Below, piece after piece: positions 51,729-64,000 of a stretch of 64,000 bases of DNA (the stretch's first letter is position 1; every line of letters starts with the position of its first letter). The stretch lies in contig CP158635.1 of assembly GCA_050273025.1 (NCBI GenBank), positions 30,814,001-30,878,000 of the forward strand. The letters run 5' to 3'. The translations under genes and the position numbers were made by a program. This DNA is from Cenococcum geophilum (Eukaryota). The notes below the pieces were generated by a model. The model was not told the origin of the DNA and did no database searches. It saw nothing but the letters and a program-made list of their open reading frames with translations.

Positions 51729-54700
51729 TAAACGCCTCTAGATAGTTACCCTTAACGCTCTCCTAGCAGATATTAAGGCTAGCGAAATAGTTTATTTGCT
51801 ATAGCCAGAAGACTCTTTCTTTATACTAGTCGTAAACATAATAGAGGACCTATTATTACTAGCAGCGAGTACCTATGTAGACCCTCTAGACGTAGAGACA
51901 CTAGTTATAAATATAGTAGAGGACCTACCGTTACTAGCAGTAAGTACCCGTAGAGACCCTCCGGTGCTGGCGTAGATTACCTATATATAAGGGGGAGGTG
52001 ATTAAAACCCTAAAACTATTAAGTATACTGTAGTAGACCTATATATACTCTTAGTGCGAGCACACCTATAAAACGCATGTCGGCTGTACCCTTCTCTTTA
52101 CTAGCTCCCGGAAGTATACTACTACGTAATAGTTGCTTTAACCTCCGTGGCCCCTAGCCTACTAAATATATATAAGGAGGAAATTAATATATTTTCTAAT
52201 AAACTAGCAAGCATACTACCGCAGAACTCTAAGTATAACTATATAATCGACTTAGAAGAAGGCAAGACGCCACCGTAAATGCCCCTCTATAACCTCTTAT
52301 AAAAAGAGTTATAGATCTTATAAGAGTACTAAGACAGTGCTTTTAAAAAGGGCTAGATTAGGCCTAGTAAGTCGCCTACTAGAGCGCCTATCCTCTTTAT
52401 ACCGAAAGTAGACGGTATAATATAGCTATATATTGACTACAAATACCTAAATAAGATTACGATTAAAAATTGGTACCCCCTACCGCTAGTTAGCGAACTC
52501 TTTAATAGGCTTAGCTATGCGAAGATATTTATAAAGCTAGATCTTTATAATACGTACTATAGGATTTATATTAAAAAGGGAGATAAATGGAAGACCGCAT
52601 TTAAAATACGCTACGGTTACTTTAAGTACCTAATAATGCCCTTTAGTCTTACTAACGCCCCTATGACTTTCCAGAGCTATATTTATAAAGCTCTAGGAAC
52701 CCTAGTAGATACTATCTACGTGGTTTACCTAGATAATATTCTTATTTACTTAAATAATAAGGTTAAGCACGTTAAGCACGTTAAGTAGGTACTATAACAG
52801 TTCCATACTTAGGGCCTATACGCCAAACTGTTAAAATATATCTTTTATACTAAGAACGTTAAGTTCCTAGGCTTTATTATTACCCTTAGGGGTATTGTAA
52901 TAGACCTTAACCGCGTAAAAGCTATTAAGGAATAGCCTAAGCCTAAGTCCTATAGGGATATCCAGGTCTTCCTTGGCTTTGCTAACTTCTATAGGCGATT
53001 TATCTGGAACTACTTAGATACCGTATACCCCCTACACGTATATCTTATATAGGTATATTACGACCTAACGTTAGATAGAGAGAAGAAGAAGAAGCGTAAG
53101 TTGAAAGGGCTTACTAAATAGTATTAGCCTTAGTCCTAGCCCGATAACATATAGTAGGTATTCTATAAGCTACGCGCTACGTTTATATAGGCTTCTCTAC
53201 TTCGCTACTTTAACCCTAATCTACCCCTAATAGTAATTACTAACGCTTCTAACTATGTTTATGGCGGTATACTTCTGTAGCCTTTGGGGCAGAAAGGTTA
53301 ACTCCACTAGCACCCAATTACTTATTACAGTTAGAAGCTTACTAGCCTAGAAGTACGGTATAATACGTATAATAAAGAACTACTCGCTATAGTGTAATGT
53401 TTTAAGACGTGGCGCTATTATCTTAAATACGCCGTGTATATAACGCGCGTACTTTACGATTATAATAATCTTAGATACTTTATAACTACTAAGAGCTTAT
53501 CTACTTACTAGGCCTAGTACGCTAAGAAACTAGCTAAGTTTGATTTTAAGATTAAATATAAGCTAGGTAAAATAAATCCTACTAACGCACTATCCCGGCG
53601 CCTAAATTATACTAAAAGCTTTAAAGATGGTAGTAAGAGGATAATTCTTAATGCTATGCTGCCTATATTGCAGCAAAAGTTGCGGGTTATAGGCCTTGTG
53701 GGCGGCCCTAGTACTACTATACTAAACTAGTAAGTAGCATATATATAGCATACAAGCGACCCTTATAAACTTAGCGCCGGCGGACTAAAGCGTCCTACTA
53801 TTCTCTTTAAGACCACTTTAACTAACCTAATGGCGCTTAACCCTAGGGAAGACCCCTTAGCCCAGGCTACGGTCCCCTATAATAACCCGGCGAGTTATCT
53901 ACGTATTATATATTACTTCGCTAGCACAGACTTTACATAAAGTCTTATGCCACGGCAAGAGGTAGTAGTAGCTGCTTTAACCGAAACGGCGTTTATGGAA
54001 TACCCTCCTAAGTTACTAGTTAATTTTATTCGCGGAGTATAAAAAAGGGACGCCTTTACACGCTTTATATGTAATTAGTTAACCTAAAAATAAGTTCCTA
54101 CTAGTAATAAGGACTATACCCTTAATAATTAAGGACTCCTAAGGTAAAATAATAAGGTCTAGGTGCCAAATTATATACTACTATAATAGGAGATCCTTAA
54201 GCGGAATTATGATGATCCTATAGGCGGCCACTATAGTTTTAACCGTACTTTTAAGGTAATCACGCGAAAGTATGCTTGGAATAGCCTTACTTAGGACCTC
54301 CGTAAATACCTAAATAATTATAATACTTACTAACGCTCCAAATTGCGCCGCTATAAACCCTATAGTAAGCTGCAGCCTCTTTAGGCCCCTACCCGAGCCT
54401 AGCGGCATTATTCACTTGACTTTATTATAGATCTTTTAGAGTCTAAGACTCCTAATAGCGTAGAGTATAACTCCGTCCTTGTTCTTATAGACCGTTTTAT
54501 AAAGCTAGTGCGCTACTATCTAGTACATAAGATAATTGATGCTATATAACTCGCAGAACTCTTATTTAGAGTCTCTACATAAATAGGGCCTTTAGACGAT
54601 ATTATCTCTAATAGGGGTAGTGTATTTATAAGCAAGTACTAAAGTACTATATGCTACCATCTCCGCGTTTAACGTAAACTTAGCACTATATTCTATTTGT

Positions 54701-57137
54701 AGATAGATAGTTAAATAAAGCGCTAGAACTAGGAGCTTAAGGTATATTTACGTATATTTATAAACTGGGAACAGTCTAATTAGGCCTCCCTACTTAAAGA
54801 AGTAGCCTTTACCTATAACTCTAAGGTCCATATTATAACGAAGCGTTCCCCTATTAAGCTTGCCTATAGCCAGCTACTAAACGTCCCATATAGAGTCCTA
54901 GACGGCGTCTAGGACGCCTAGTAAGGTAGGGAGGAATCTAAGTTAATAAATGTCGAACTTATAGAGACGCATCTATAACGCCTGCGCCTTATACGTAAGG
55001 TAGTAACGGCGTTAATAATGCACGCTTAACAGCTTTAGGCAAAATACTATAATCGTTACTACCTAGCTAAACATTTCGCCGTCAGTAAATAAGTCCTGCT
55101 CTCCTCTAAGAATATTTACACAAAACGTCCCTATAAAAAGCTTAACTATAAGTTTATGGGACTGTTTTAGATCCTAGAGCGCGTAGGGTAGCAAGTATAT
55201 AAGCTAGAGCTCCTACCTACTATAGCACGGCTCTACCTAGTCTTCTATATCTCCTTACTAAAGCCTTATAGGTTACGCCCTAGGTTTTAACCCCCAGCAG
55301 TAAAAGAGCTTAAGGAAGATAGCTAGGAAGTAGAAGTAATTGTTGCCTACTAAGATCGTGCTAGATAACCGCAGTACCTTATTAAATGGCTAAGATGGCT
55401 AAATAAGTATAATAAATGGAAATATAAGACAGAACTTAAGAATTGTTAATAACTGCTAGATAAGTACCGTAAGCGGGATACCCTAGCCTTATAGCTAAAG
55501 CGCAGGCGAAAAGTAAGTGCTACTATTAAAATATAACCTGCATTAAAGCGGAATAGAGGATATCTAAAGGGATTAAAGAACAAGTAATGATTGCTGTAAC
55601 TCGCAGGCGAGGCCACGGCGTATGCTAGCAACAAAACTTAATTTAGAAAGCACCCTTCCTAAACCTAATCCGTTACTCTATACTAGCTAAGTAGATTATT
55701 TATATATTAGAGAATAGGCCCGTTTATAACCGGGGTCTATTTAACTGGGGTCCATAACCTACTGGTGACCCGCTAGTAGTAACCTATACTAATAACTTAT
55801 ACTATTCCACGTATATACTACACAGATAATATATAAGGCTAAAATATAGGTTAGTAGCGGGTCTAATAAGTATATAGCCTTACTATCCTAATCTGGCTGT
55901 ATATAAATAACCTATAACCTACCCGCGAAGTATATACGGCGCTACGCTGGTATAGCGTAAGGCTAAAGCAGGGTTAGTAGCGGATTTAATAGGTATATAG
56001 CCTTACCGTCTACAAATCTGGCTATATATAAATAACCTATAACCTACCCGCAAGGTACTAGCGACCTACCTACATAAGCGAGCTTTAGAATATTTCTAGT
56101 CTACTAAATTTAGGTAACAGTATTAAGCTCTACTAGCTCTACCTATTAAATGGACTAATTAGGATTTTCTATACCAGGCATGCAAAATCGCTACTAGCTC
56201 GGTTAAATGTGGGGGAGTCTTAGTAAGGCAAATCTAACTAATTAAATAACTTTAACCGCCGGTTAAAGTTCCTTAATATCTTCGCGCCGCGCATATATAC
56301 CACCTGTCTCTCTATACGCAAAATTAAGACACTCTTTCCCTCCAAATTTTTTCCTTACTAAGGTTTTTTATAGGGTTTTATTGAGGCTTAAGTATATAAA
56401 GGATCGGGAACGACCCTTTTTAAAGGGGGGGGCATTGTTAGGTAAAACCTAAGTAGATAGTTATATAGCCGCAAGGTATAGGCGACCCTAGGGTAACCTA
56501 GGGGTGACTCGCCTATAAGGCACGTGCTCTATACATACCTAGGGAAAACCCTTCCTACCTTACATATAGACTCCTCCTTTTCCCCTAAGGATTCGTCTCT
56601 ATTTATACAATATACCTATTATTTTATTATTGGACTTCCTATCTACATCCTCACCTTATAAATATTACCCCTTATATATTTTAACCTTGTAAAAATAATA
56701 AAAGCTATTACTTTTTAATTATATATTAAATCTTATTAAGATTTACTAGGCTTTAATAAAGGCTTAAAAGGCTAGTAACATCATATTTTTTGCAAAACTC
56801 TTTTATTAAAGGGCTATATATAAAAGAGCCTAATAAAGTAAGGATAGAGCATTAATATAGCTTAGATATAATATACTTAGAGTAAGCCCTAGCCCCAACT
56901 GTCGCTGGATTTATTATTAAAGTTTTTTAATAAGCTGTATTAGAACCTTCGACGAAGGCGCTGGAGGATGCGTATATTTGCTGTAAGAAGTTAAAATAAT
57001 ATAAGGGCAATCCTTAATATTATCTAGCTATATATAATTGAACTCCACGTTATATAGGGCTAGGACCCATTTTTTAGGCCCTTAGGCGTGGTTACAACCT
57101 AGATATACTAGTATTATATTATAGTTATATATATATA

Positions 57138-59276
57138 TTTTTTAATTTTTAATATTTTTTATCCGTTGTATTATACTACGTACAATACTGCGCATGCAGC
57201 CTTTAGGCTATGGCGCTATAGTTCTATATATATAAATCCTTTTTAGGCAGCTTAATATATATTAGTAGCTATATCCTAATAGTTTATAAACTCCTAAATT
57301 AGGAGTTTATAGTTTCCTAGTAAAATACTAAGATACTATAACTACTAGGGAATGAGGAAATGGTAAGAAAAACTATAAGAAATCTTAACCCCTATCCCTA
57401 TCCTTTTGCAATTTATTTCTGTCCTTTTGCTCTCTACTATCTTTTACCCAAAAGCCTAGTAGGAGTTACCTCCTTCTAGACTCCTATTAATTTTATTCTT
57501 CTATAGAATCTTTTACGCTAGTACTATGTACTAGTTTAGCTACTCTAAGATTCTCGCAGTCTTTACTATTAGTAAAGTGTTTTTCTTTACAATTAATGCA
57601 AAGAGGGGTGGTATACTTGCAAGGCCTACCGCTTATTAAGCAGGTAGGACAGCAGTGGTCTTTAGATAGATATATAGCCGCATAATATCTACAGGCCCTA
57701 GTAGAGCATCTATCTCCTATATGGCCAAATTTTTGGCAGCTATTACACTACGTAGTAGGAGAGACTTCGAGGTATTTTACTACCTTAGTAGCTGTACCTG
57801 CAATTGATATCTCTTTTTACTTAAGGATTTCTTGTTTTTTTTCTTTATTCTCTATAGTAAAAACTATAGAGCTAAATCTGGTCTATAGATTATGTCTTTT
57901 TACACTAGATAAAATCCACCTAGGTAGTCCTTATATCCTTATAGGATTAAAAGTCTTAATTTCTTCTTTTAGAAGCTTAGAGCCTCCTTCTCCTAAAAAA
58001 GGTAGGGTAGAAACCCTATGGGCTATAATTTAAACCCATAGTTTTAGTTTTTGTTCTCTTTAAAAGGTAAAGTAGTTATGCTAGATTTCCTTATATTTGA
58101 CTAGGAAATCTACATTATACTCTTCCATAGTCGTAAGGAGAATATTTTGTTTTCCTTTAGTTCTAGCTATAGATGCTAAAACCGGTTTTTTTACTTATAG
58201 TTTTAATGCAAATAGTTAATTGACTTTATTTCGTATAGAGAAGGTATTTAGAGGTTGGTCCTTTTAGTCTATAATTAGGACTAGCTTTCTTTCTTATAGC
58301 TGCTTTTTCTTACTTCTAGTAGAAGTAGAAGGAGTAGGAAATGGTAGTAACGAGGAGGGTAAAGAGGACGAAGTAGGGAGGTCCTTTTTTAGCCTCTCTA
58401 CGTAGGTTTCTTTAGTAGGGGCTACCTCCTTACGGACAGCTCTTACTTCTTTAACTAGTCCTTTTAGGACATCTTTTGTCTTTTCTTTTCCTTTTATAAA
58501 GGGATTTTCTCCTACTAGAACACTACGTGTATAGTCTTCTAGCCGTTTAACTTGTTCCTTTTTATCTTCTTCTTCTTCTTCTTCTTTTAGCCTTTTATAG
58601 GCCTGGGTTAGGCTATCTAAAGCCTTTTATAGGTGTTGTTCTAGAGAAAGGGGAGAGAAAGATATAGTAGGTATACCAGCCGTAAAAGTTATCAGTTTGG
58701 TTGTCTTTTTTATAGGTTTTTAGTTTTCTTTTTTAGTAGAAGACTAAGGATGTCCTCTTTTTTCTCCTGTCCCAAATAGGCTAGGAGAAGGAGAAGGGCT
58801 AGAAAAAGTGAATGTAGATATAGACTTATTATCACTTATTTCTATAGAAGGTTTCCTTTTAGGCCTACTGGGCCTTGGCATTATGTCTCTTATAGGGGGG
58901 TTTTCCTAGTTTTTACTATCCTTATACCCTTTCTCCTTACTAATCCTACTAGAAGATTTCTGGGGAGATTAGGCTAAGAGGTAGTAGGGAAACTAGCCCC
59001 TATTTTGTAGTTTTGGTATTAGTGGTATTGGTAGTAGTAGTAGTAGTTTTAGTATTCCTGTCCGTGGCTCGCTTATAAGCTAGGGCCACCCTTAGAGAAA
59101 ATTTTCTATTGGGAGAAAGGGGGTAAGACGACAAATAAATCCACCTCTAGCTCGCTAGGCAGTAGGAATTAGGTCTTAAAAGTTAGAAAATCGATTGTTT
59201 TTGATGGTAAGATGGGTATGCGTAAGTTTTGGAGTGTGGCGCTACCTTTTAGTAAGGTTGCATATGTGGTAAAGGG
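57138..59276 (-). mobile_element. Non-autonomous ORF1-only LINE, copy 2
   Basis: Colinear with 35937-38067 over the full length, with indels. ORF1 remnant 58881-57493 (463 codons, in frame). T-rich tail 57138-57160. Approximate TSD TTATATA(T/C)ATAT. Confidence 0.88.
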
Positions 59277-59871
59277 TTTTATATACATATTATAATAACT
59301 TACCGCAATTATCTAATCTTTTCTTCCCATACTTTACCGCTGTATAGGTTTCTAGGGTACCCTAATAGCCTTAGTTAAGTAAATCTCTTAAATATTTTAA
59401 TAAGTATCTTAAAACTAAAGAAAGAGACTTTTAGTAGTGTTTTTTATAGTTCTGTATTTGACTTCCCTTAGTACAGTATATACTTACCATAGGTCTATCT
59501 ATAAGTGACTAGTTATAGCTTAGTTATAGTAGTAATATATTTAGAATCTATTAGATACTAACTATATACTTTATAATATAAAGATATGGCTTATAACTAG
59601 CACTTTACTCTATATAGGTAATCTAGTACTAAAATATATAATAAATACTATTATAAAGCCTATATATATATTAATAAAAATAGATAATAAAAATTAATGT
59701 CTTACGTGTTCGTGTCTCTTTGTTTAATATTATCTTAATTTAATTCTATTAAATCGCTAAGGAAATGTATAAGAGTTCGCGACGTCTATATTATAACTTA
59801 GATATAGTAGCATAATATTATAGATATATTATACTTTTTCTTGTAATTTACGTATTCTTTCCTAGTCCTCT

Positions 59872-61362
59872 ACTAGGTAACGCGCCCCAGCGCCATTATA
59901 TTACCCCCCCCTTTGAAAAAAGCCTGCCCTTAGGCGTTATTCTTTAGTACTTATCTACCTTATATACCGTTATAGTTGTTACTGTAGGTAGGGCAGTAGT
60001 AGTCGATAAGATGCTGCAGGTAAAGCAGTAAGGGTTAGTTATCGTACTATAGGCAGAGCAGTAGTTGTTAGTTATAGTACTGCGGGTAAGAGTAGCGGAA
60101 GTTAAATTAAGGTTAGCTGTAGGCGGAGCAGCAGTCTATTTAGGTAGTAGTACGGTACTAGCGGCGGTAACGATAGCAGTCGAGCACAGAGCTTATCTAT
60201 TAGTTGTCTTGTAATAGCAGGTTAAACGTAGAGCTTAGGCTATCGATTAGTCGAGTAATTGTAGGCGTAAAGGCACGATTATTATCTCGTCGACTGTTAG
60301 CAGGGCAGCATAGTCGTTTGTTATAGCAGTACGATATAAGCGGAAGTCGTAGATCGCAGGCATAACGGCACGATCGTACGGTTAGTGGGACTGTAGGCGT
60401 ATCGGCACAGTTATAGTTAGGTCGTAGTAGTAGGCATATTAGCGCTACTGTTGTCTAGTATATAGATTATATGCATATCGGCACGATTGGTAGTTAATAG
60501 TAGAGTAATGCTAGCGTCGGTAGTCCTAGTAATTTCGTTCCTTAAAGCTTATATAGCTTAGTATTAGTTAGGGTCGTTCCTTATAGATAGTGGCTAAGTA
60601 TTAGTTAACTTCTACGTAGCCTAACAGTTCGAATAAACGCCTAAGAAGGCTTAAACGCAGCTAATGGCTTAGTATTAATCAACGTCGTTCTCGCAGATAG
60701 TATCCTAGTATTAGCCGATGTCGTTCCTCGTAGTATATATAGCTTAGTGTCTATTAAAAAGGACTATTTAGGTAGCAGTACGGTGCAAGCGTCCGTAGAC
60801 GTACGGTCGTTCGGTTAGTCGGTCAATTGATCGTCGATAAATATACGCGTTAGACGTGTCGTCGTCGTTCGGTCAATAGGTTAGTCGGTAGGCACACGCG
60901 TTCGGTTGACGGATATACGCGTTACTTGGTCGGCTGACGAGCTCGTATAGTCGGAAAGAGGTTACTGCCCGGCACGTACTTCCCTATAGCATAGGCGGCC
61001 GTTTAGTAGAGAGAAGGGAAAAAAGAAAAGAATAAAAAAACATAAGTATAAGGGTGCCTATATAGTATAGGGACTAAGCTTCTTACAACCTAGCTATTAT
61101 AGGACTTTATAAACCTAAGACCTAAGATATAATACCGCAGCCTATATATAACTAAGGAGCTTAATATAATATAACGGCTCAAACTCTTAAATAAATGTCT
61201 TAATAGAGACTTAAATAAATACTTATAAGATCAAGCGAACGAATGCTATATTACGAAGATATTAAGCTAAAGAGTAAGAGAAGGTGGTGAGGCTACGTCT
61301 ATATATATATGCCAAGTCCTAAGCGAACCCCTAACTAGGTAACGTGCCCTAGCGCCGTCACA
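59872..61362 (-). mobile_element. Non-autonomous LTR element (TRIM/LARD-like) with Gypsy-B-like cis signals; left LTR mostly missing
   Basis: Right LTR 61170-61362 (TATAACGGC...GCCGTCACA); its last ~29 bp recur at 59872-59900. These are followed by TTACCCCCCCC...AAAAGCCTGCCCTTAGGC, matching Gypsy B 43227-43260. The 1.27-kb interior is repetitive with no recognisable gag or pol. Confidence 0.65.
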
Positions 61363-64000
61363 GCTAGTAAAATTCGGCAGAATTTAGTTAAAGCATTAGA
61401 ATTTATTTATTAAGTATTTTACTAAGACATTCCTACTATAACTGGGCTAGTCCCGTTACAGTACCCCCCTTTTTTAGCTAAAGGTCTAAATAATTTAATT
61501 TAATTTAGTTAAGACTTATTACTTATCGCGTTTATATAGTTACATTAAGTAGCGGTATAAAGTTTTACCAATTCTATCGTTAAATGGGCTAATTAGGATT
61601 TTCTATCCCTAGGATAAAAAATTACTATTAGCTTAGTTAAGGCGGTAAGCAGAACTAATATCTTTATAGTAGGTCTTAGTAAGGCGGACCTAACTAATTA
61701 GATAACTTTAACCGCTAGTTAAAGTTCCTTAATATCTTATATATTACGTAATTATATTATAAACGTCATAATATATTTTAAGTTCTTTTTAATTTTAAGC
61801 TTCCTGCTATTATATTTCGTGTATTTATATTAAGTAGTAGTTATTTACCTTTATATTATATCTATCCAGCTAAAGTAGGCCGTAAAGGATAGTTTTTATA
61901 GAATTCTTTTACTAGGGAAGGCGCGTTGGTCTTAATCTAGTTATAAGTTTCCTAAGTTTGTATTTTATATCCTTCCTACTTAATAAGGAGTTTAAATTAT
62001 TTAAATTATATTTTCTATTATATATTATTAAGTTAATAAAGTAAAAACTATTACCGTTATTAATAATTACAGAAGGTAGTAGTAGTACTTTATAAGTTAT
62101 AAGGTTACCTTTTAAGGGTTATAGTAAGTTTATATAAAACATCGGATATATTTTTATTTTAGTAAGTAGTTTAAGCTTATAAGCGTATAGGCTTAGTATC
62201 TTCTTAATTTAATATAGGCCCGCAAACTTCCAGTCTAGTTTCTTTAAGGGTTATTAAGTCTTTAGGTTTTATATATTTAGGTAAACTATAATAAAACCGT
62301 ATAGCAGGAACTACAATAGGCTTGTTATTAGGCTAGGTATATAGGTAATATAAATTAAAGTCAACAACGTAATAATAACTAGTGGAGTAGTTGCCTAATA
62401 GATTAACTCTAATTATATTTTAAGAATTACTATAAGAAAGGAACTATCTAGGTAGGGATTAAGGGTCCTTAAATACATAACCATACTCCTATAAAATCCT
62501 TCTTATACGTAATATACGCGTACTCTATTTACTCTATTACGGATTATATAAATCTTATAAATTATATAAATTACGTTATATAACCTTAGTTACTATTCCT
62601 TATTATATAGCTCTATTAGCTCTATTTTAGACTATGCCTAAATTAACTAACTAGCTTTTTCTAACTCTTCCCTAAGTAGTTATAATATTATACTTAAAGC
62701 GTTTGTAACACTATCTCCCTCCTTTTTATCTTTGTCCTTAAAGATTTTAAATATCTTTAGGTTATCTACTAGAGGTATAATATCTGTTTAATTAATTTGG
62801 TTAATATTATTACTTATTATTCCTAAAGCAATTTCTTCTTCATTAACTGCTTAGCGTATTCGTACTATTATTGCAATATTATCTCTTAGTAAGATTATAC
62901 CATCTCTATATTCTTGTTATTTAAGAAAGGGGTTAGTCTATATTATATTAGCGAACCCATTTTTATAATAACTATTTTTTTATTTAGAGTACACTAAAGC
63001 AAATATTTATTCGTCCTATAACGTTTACTTTATCTCTAATGCTAAATATATATAACTTATTACTCTTAATAGTTGTCTAGTTCCCTAATTAATTTATTTT
63101 AGGGTTTTATATTTAATCTATTATTACGCAGCTAGATAATAAACTGTCCGTTACTTTAGCGGAATTATATTACTCTTAGGACGCTAAACAGGAGGCTGCT
63201 AATACTTAGCAATAGGCCCTTAAGTCTTATCTAGCGGCGTCTACTTAATTAATCTATCTTAAGAAGGTTTGTAAGAAGGTTTATTTTAAAGAGTAGAAAC
63301 TTATAAAATAGGGTCTATAGGAACTTAGTAATAAGAGAACTAACTTTTTCCTAACTAAGAAGGAAACAGATCTAAATAGCTTAGCAACTACTCTTCTTAG
63401 GTCCCCCTTAGGTGACTTATTTTTTTTAGTAATCCTTCCTTATTAATATTACCTAACCTAATTTCTTTCAATACTCCTATACCTTTCCTATAGCGTTCTT
63501 TAAATTTTCTAGTAGCTCCTAGGTAGTCTTAGTATAGCCTATTCACTTAACCTTATACTATGTTTTGTTATTAATATCCTTATAATTAACGATCTTTAAA
63601 ACTTGCTATTTATTTTCCTTTTATCCTCTATACGTATCTGCTTTATAGACTAGTGACTTAATATTTCTATATACTAGCTCTAGCATTACAATATACTATA
63701 TAGGGTAAATCTTTATTTTAGCTAGTAGGTTTAACTTATATATAACTAGCGAAATCCTTTATATAATTTTAAAAGGTCCTAGTCTAACATAGTTTAACTT
63801 CTTACTTAGTTGTTAACTCTTAAAATTTTTATATAGTAGCTATACTTTATCTCCCTCCTTAAGATCTAGTCCCTTAGATCTCTTAGCGTTATAGTACCTT
63901 TTTATTCTCTATTATACTATTTTCGCTAATTCTATAAGGTCTATATAAAGATTTATTAACATCTTTATTCTTTCTTTAGCTATACTACTTATTTTCTTTA
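61363..64000 (-). mobile_element. 3' part of Ty3/Gypsy chromovirus C (heavily RIPed), continuing beyond the window
   Basis: LTR end ...CCCGTTACA (61460) with PPT CCCCCCTTTTTT (61464-61475). Minus strand KKLNYVRLGPFKI (GPY/F motif, ~63805-63768) and chromodomain remnant YKVK*IGY..TT*E (~63558-63515). Confidence 0.8.

Larger units (their letters stand above)
41576..56660 (+). mobile_element. Ty3/Gypsy chromovirus A, RIP-inactivated, hosting two nested insertions
   Basis: 225-bp LTRs 41576-41800 and 56436-56660; TSD AATAT; PPT AAAGGGGGGGG at ~56422-56432. RT remnants (WYPLPLV, PFSLTNAP, YLDNILIY; 52470-52750), RNase H, integrase, chromodomain remnant (*EVEVIVAY...YLIKW, ~55325-55450). Confidence 0.93.

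Noticed and set aside
41120..59590. AT-rich host fragments 41120-41575, 56666-57130 and 59290-59590 as a transposase relic
   Set aside because: Too degraded; no diagnostic motif could be read in any frame.

Overview
This window is eukaryotic, not prokaryotic. It is a TE-dense, heavily RIP-mutated region of a filamentous ascomycete genome (TpA-rich, repeat copies differ almost only by C>T/G>A). It contains nested mobile elements: two Ty1/Copia elements with LTR pairs and TSDs; three chromodomain Ty3/Gypsy elements (one nested in another, one running off the right end); a non-autonomous LTR derivative; an Ngaro-type tyrosine-recombinase retrotransposon whose empty site is also in the window; three copies of a minisatellite-filled TIR element with 2-bp TSDs; two ORF1-only LINE copies plus a SINE sharing their tail; and Fot1/pogo-type ends. 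These elements interrupt or flank RIP-killed genes (RecQ-like helicase, MADS-box-like factor, FunK1 kinase). One clearly intact gene survives: a HET-domain gene which, after a predicted 54-nt intron the ORF track misses, gains two CCHC zinc knuckles, and it sits between a pair of 38-bp TIRs. The most unusual signal is a palindromic module with a compensatory base change, found in the 3' non-coding region of five retroelements from three unrelated superfamilies. All translations and alignments were done by eye; no database searches were run.
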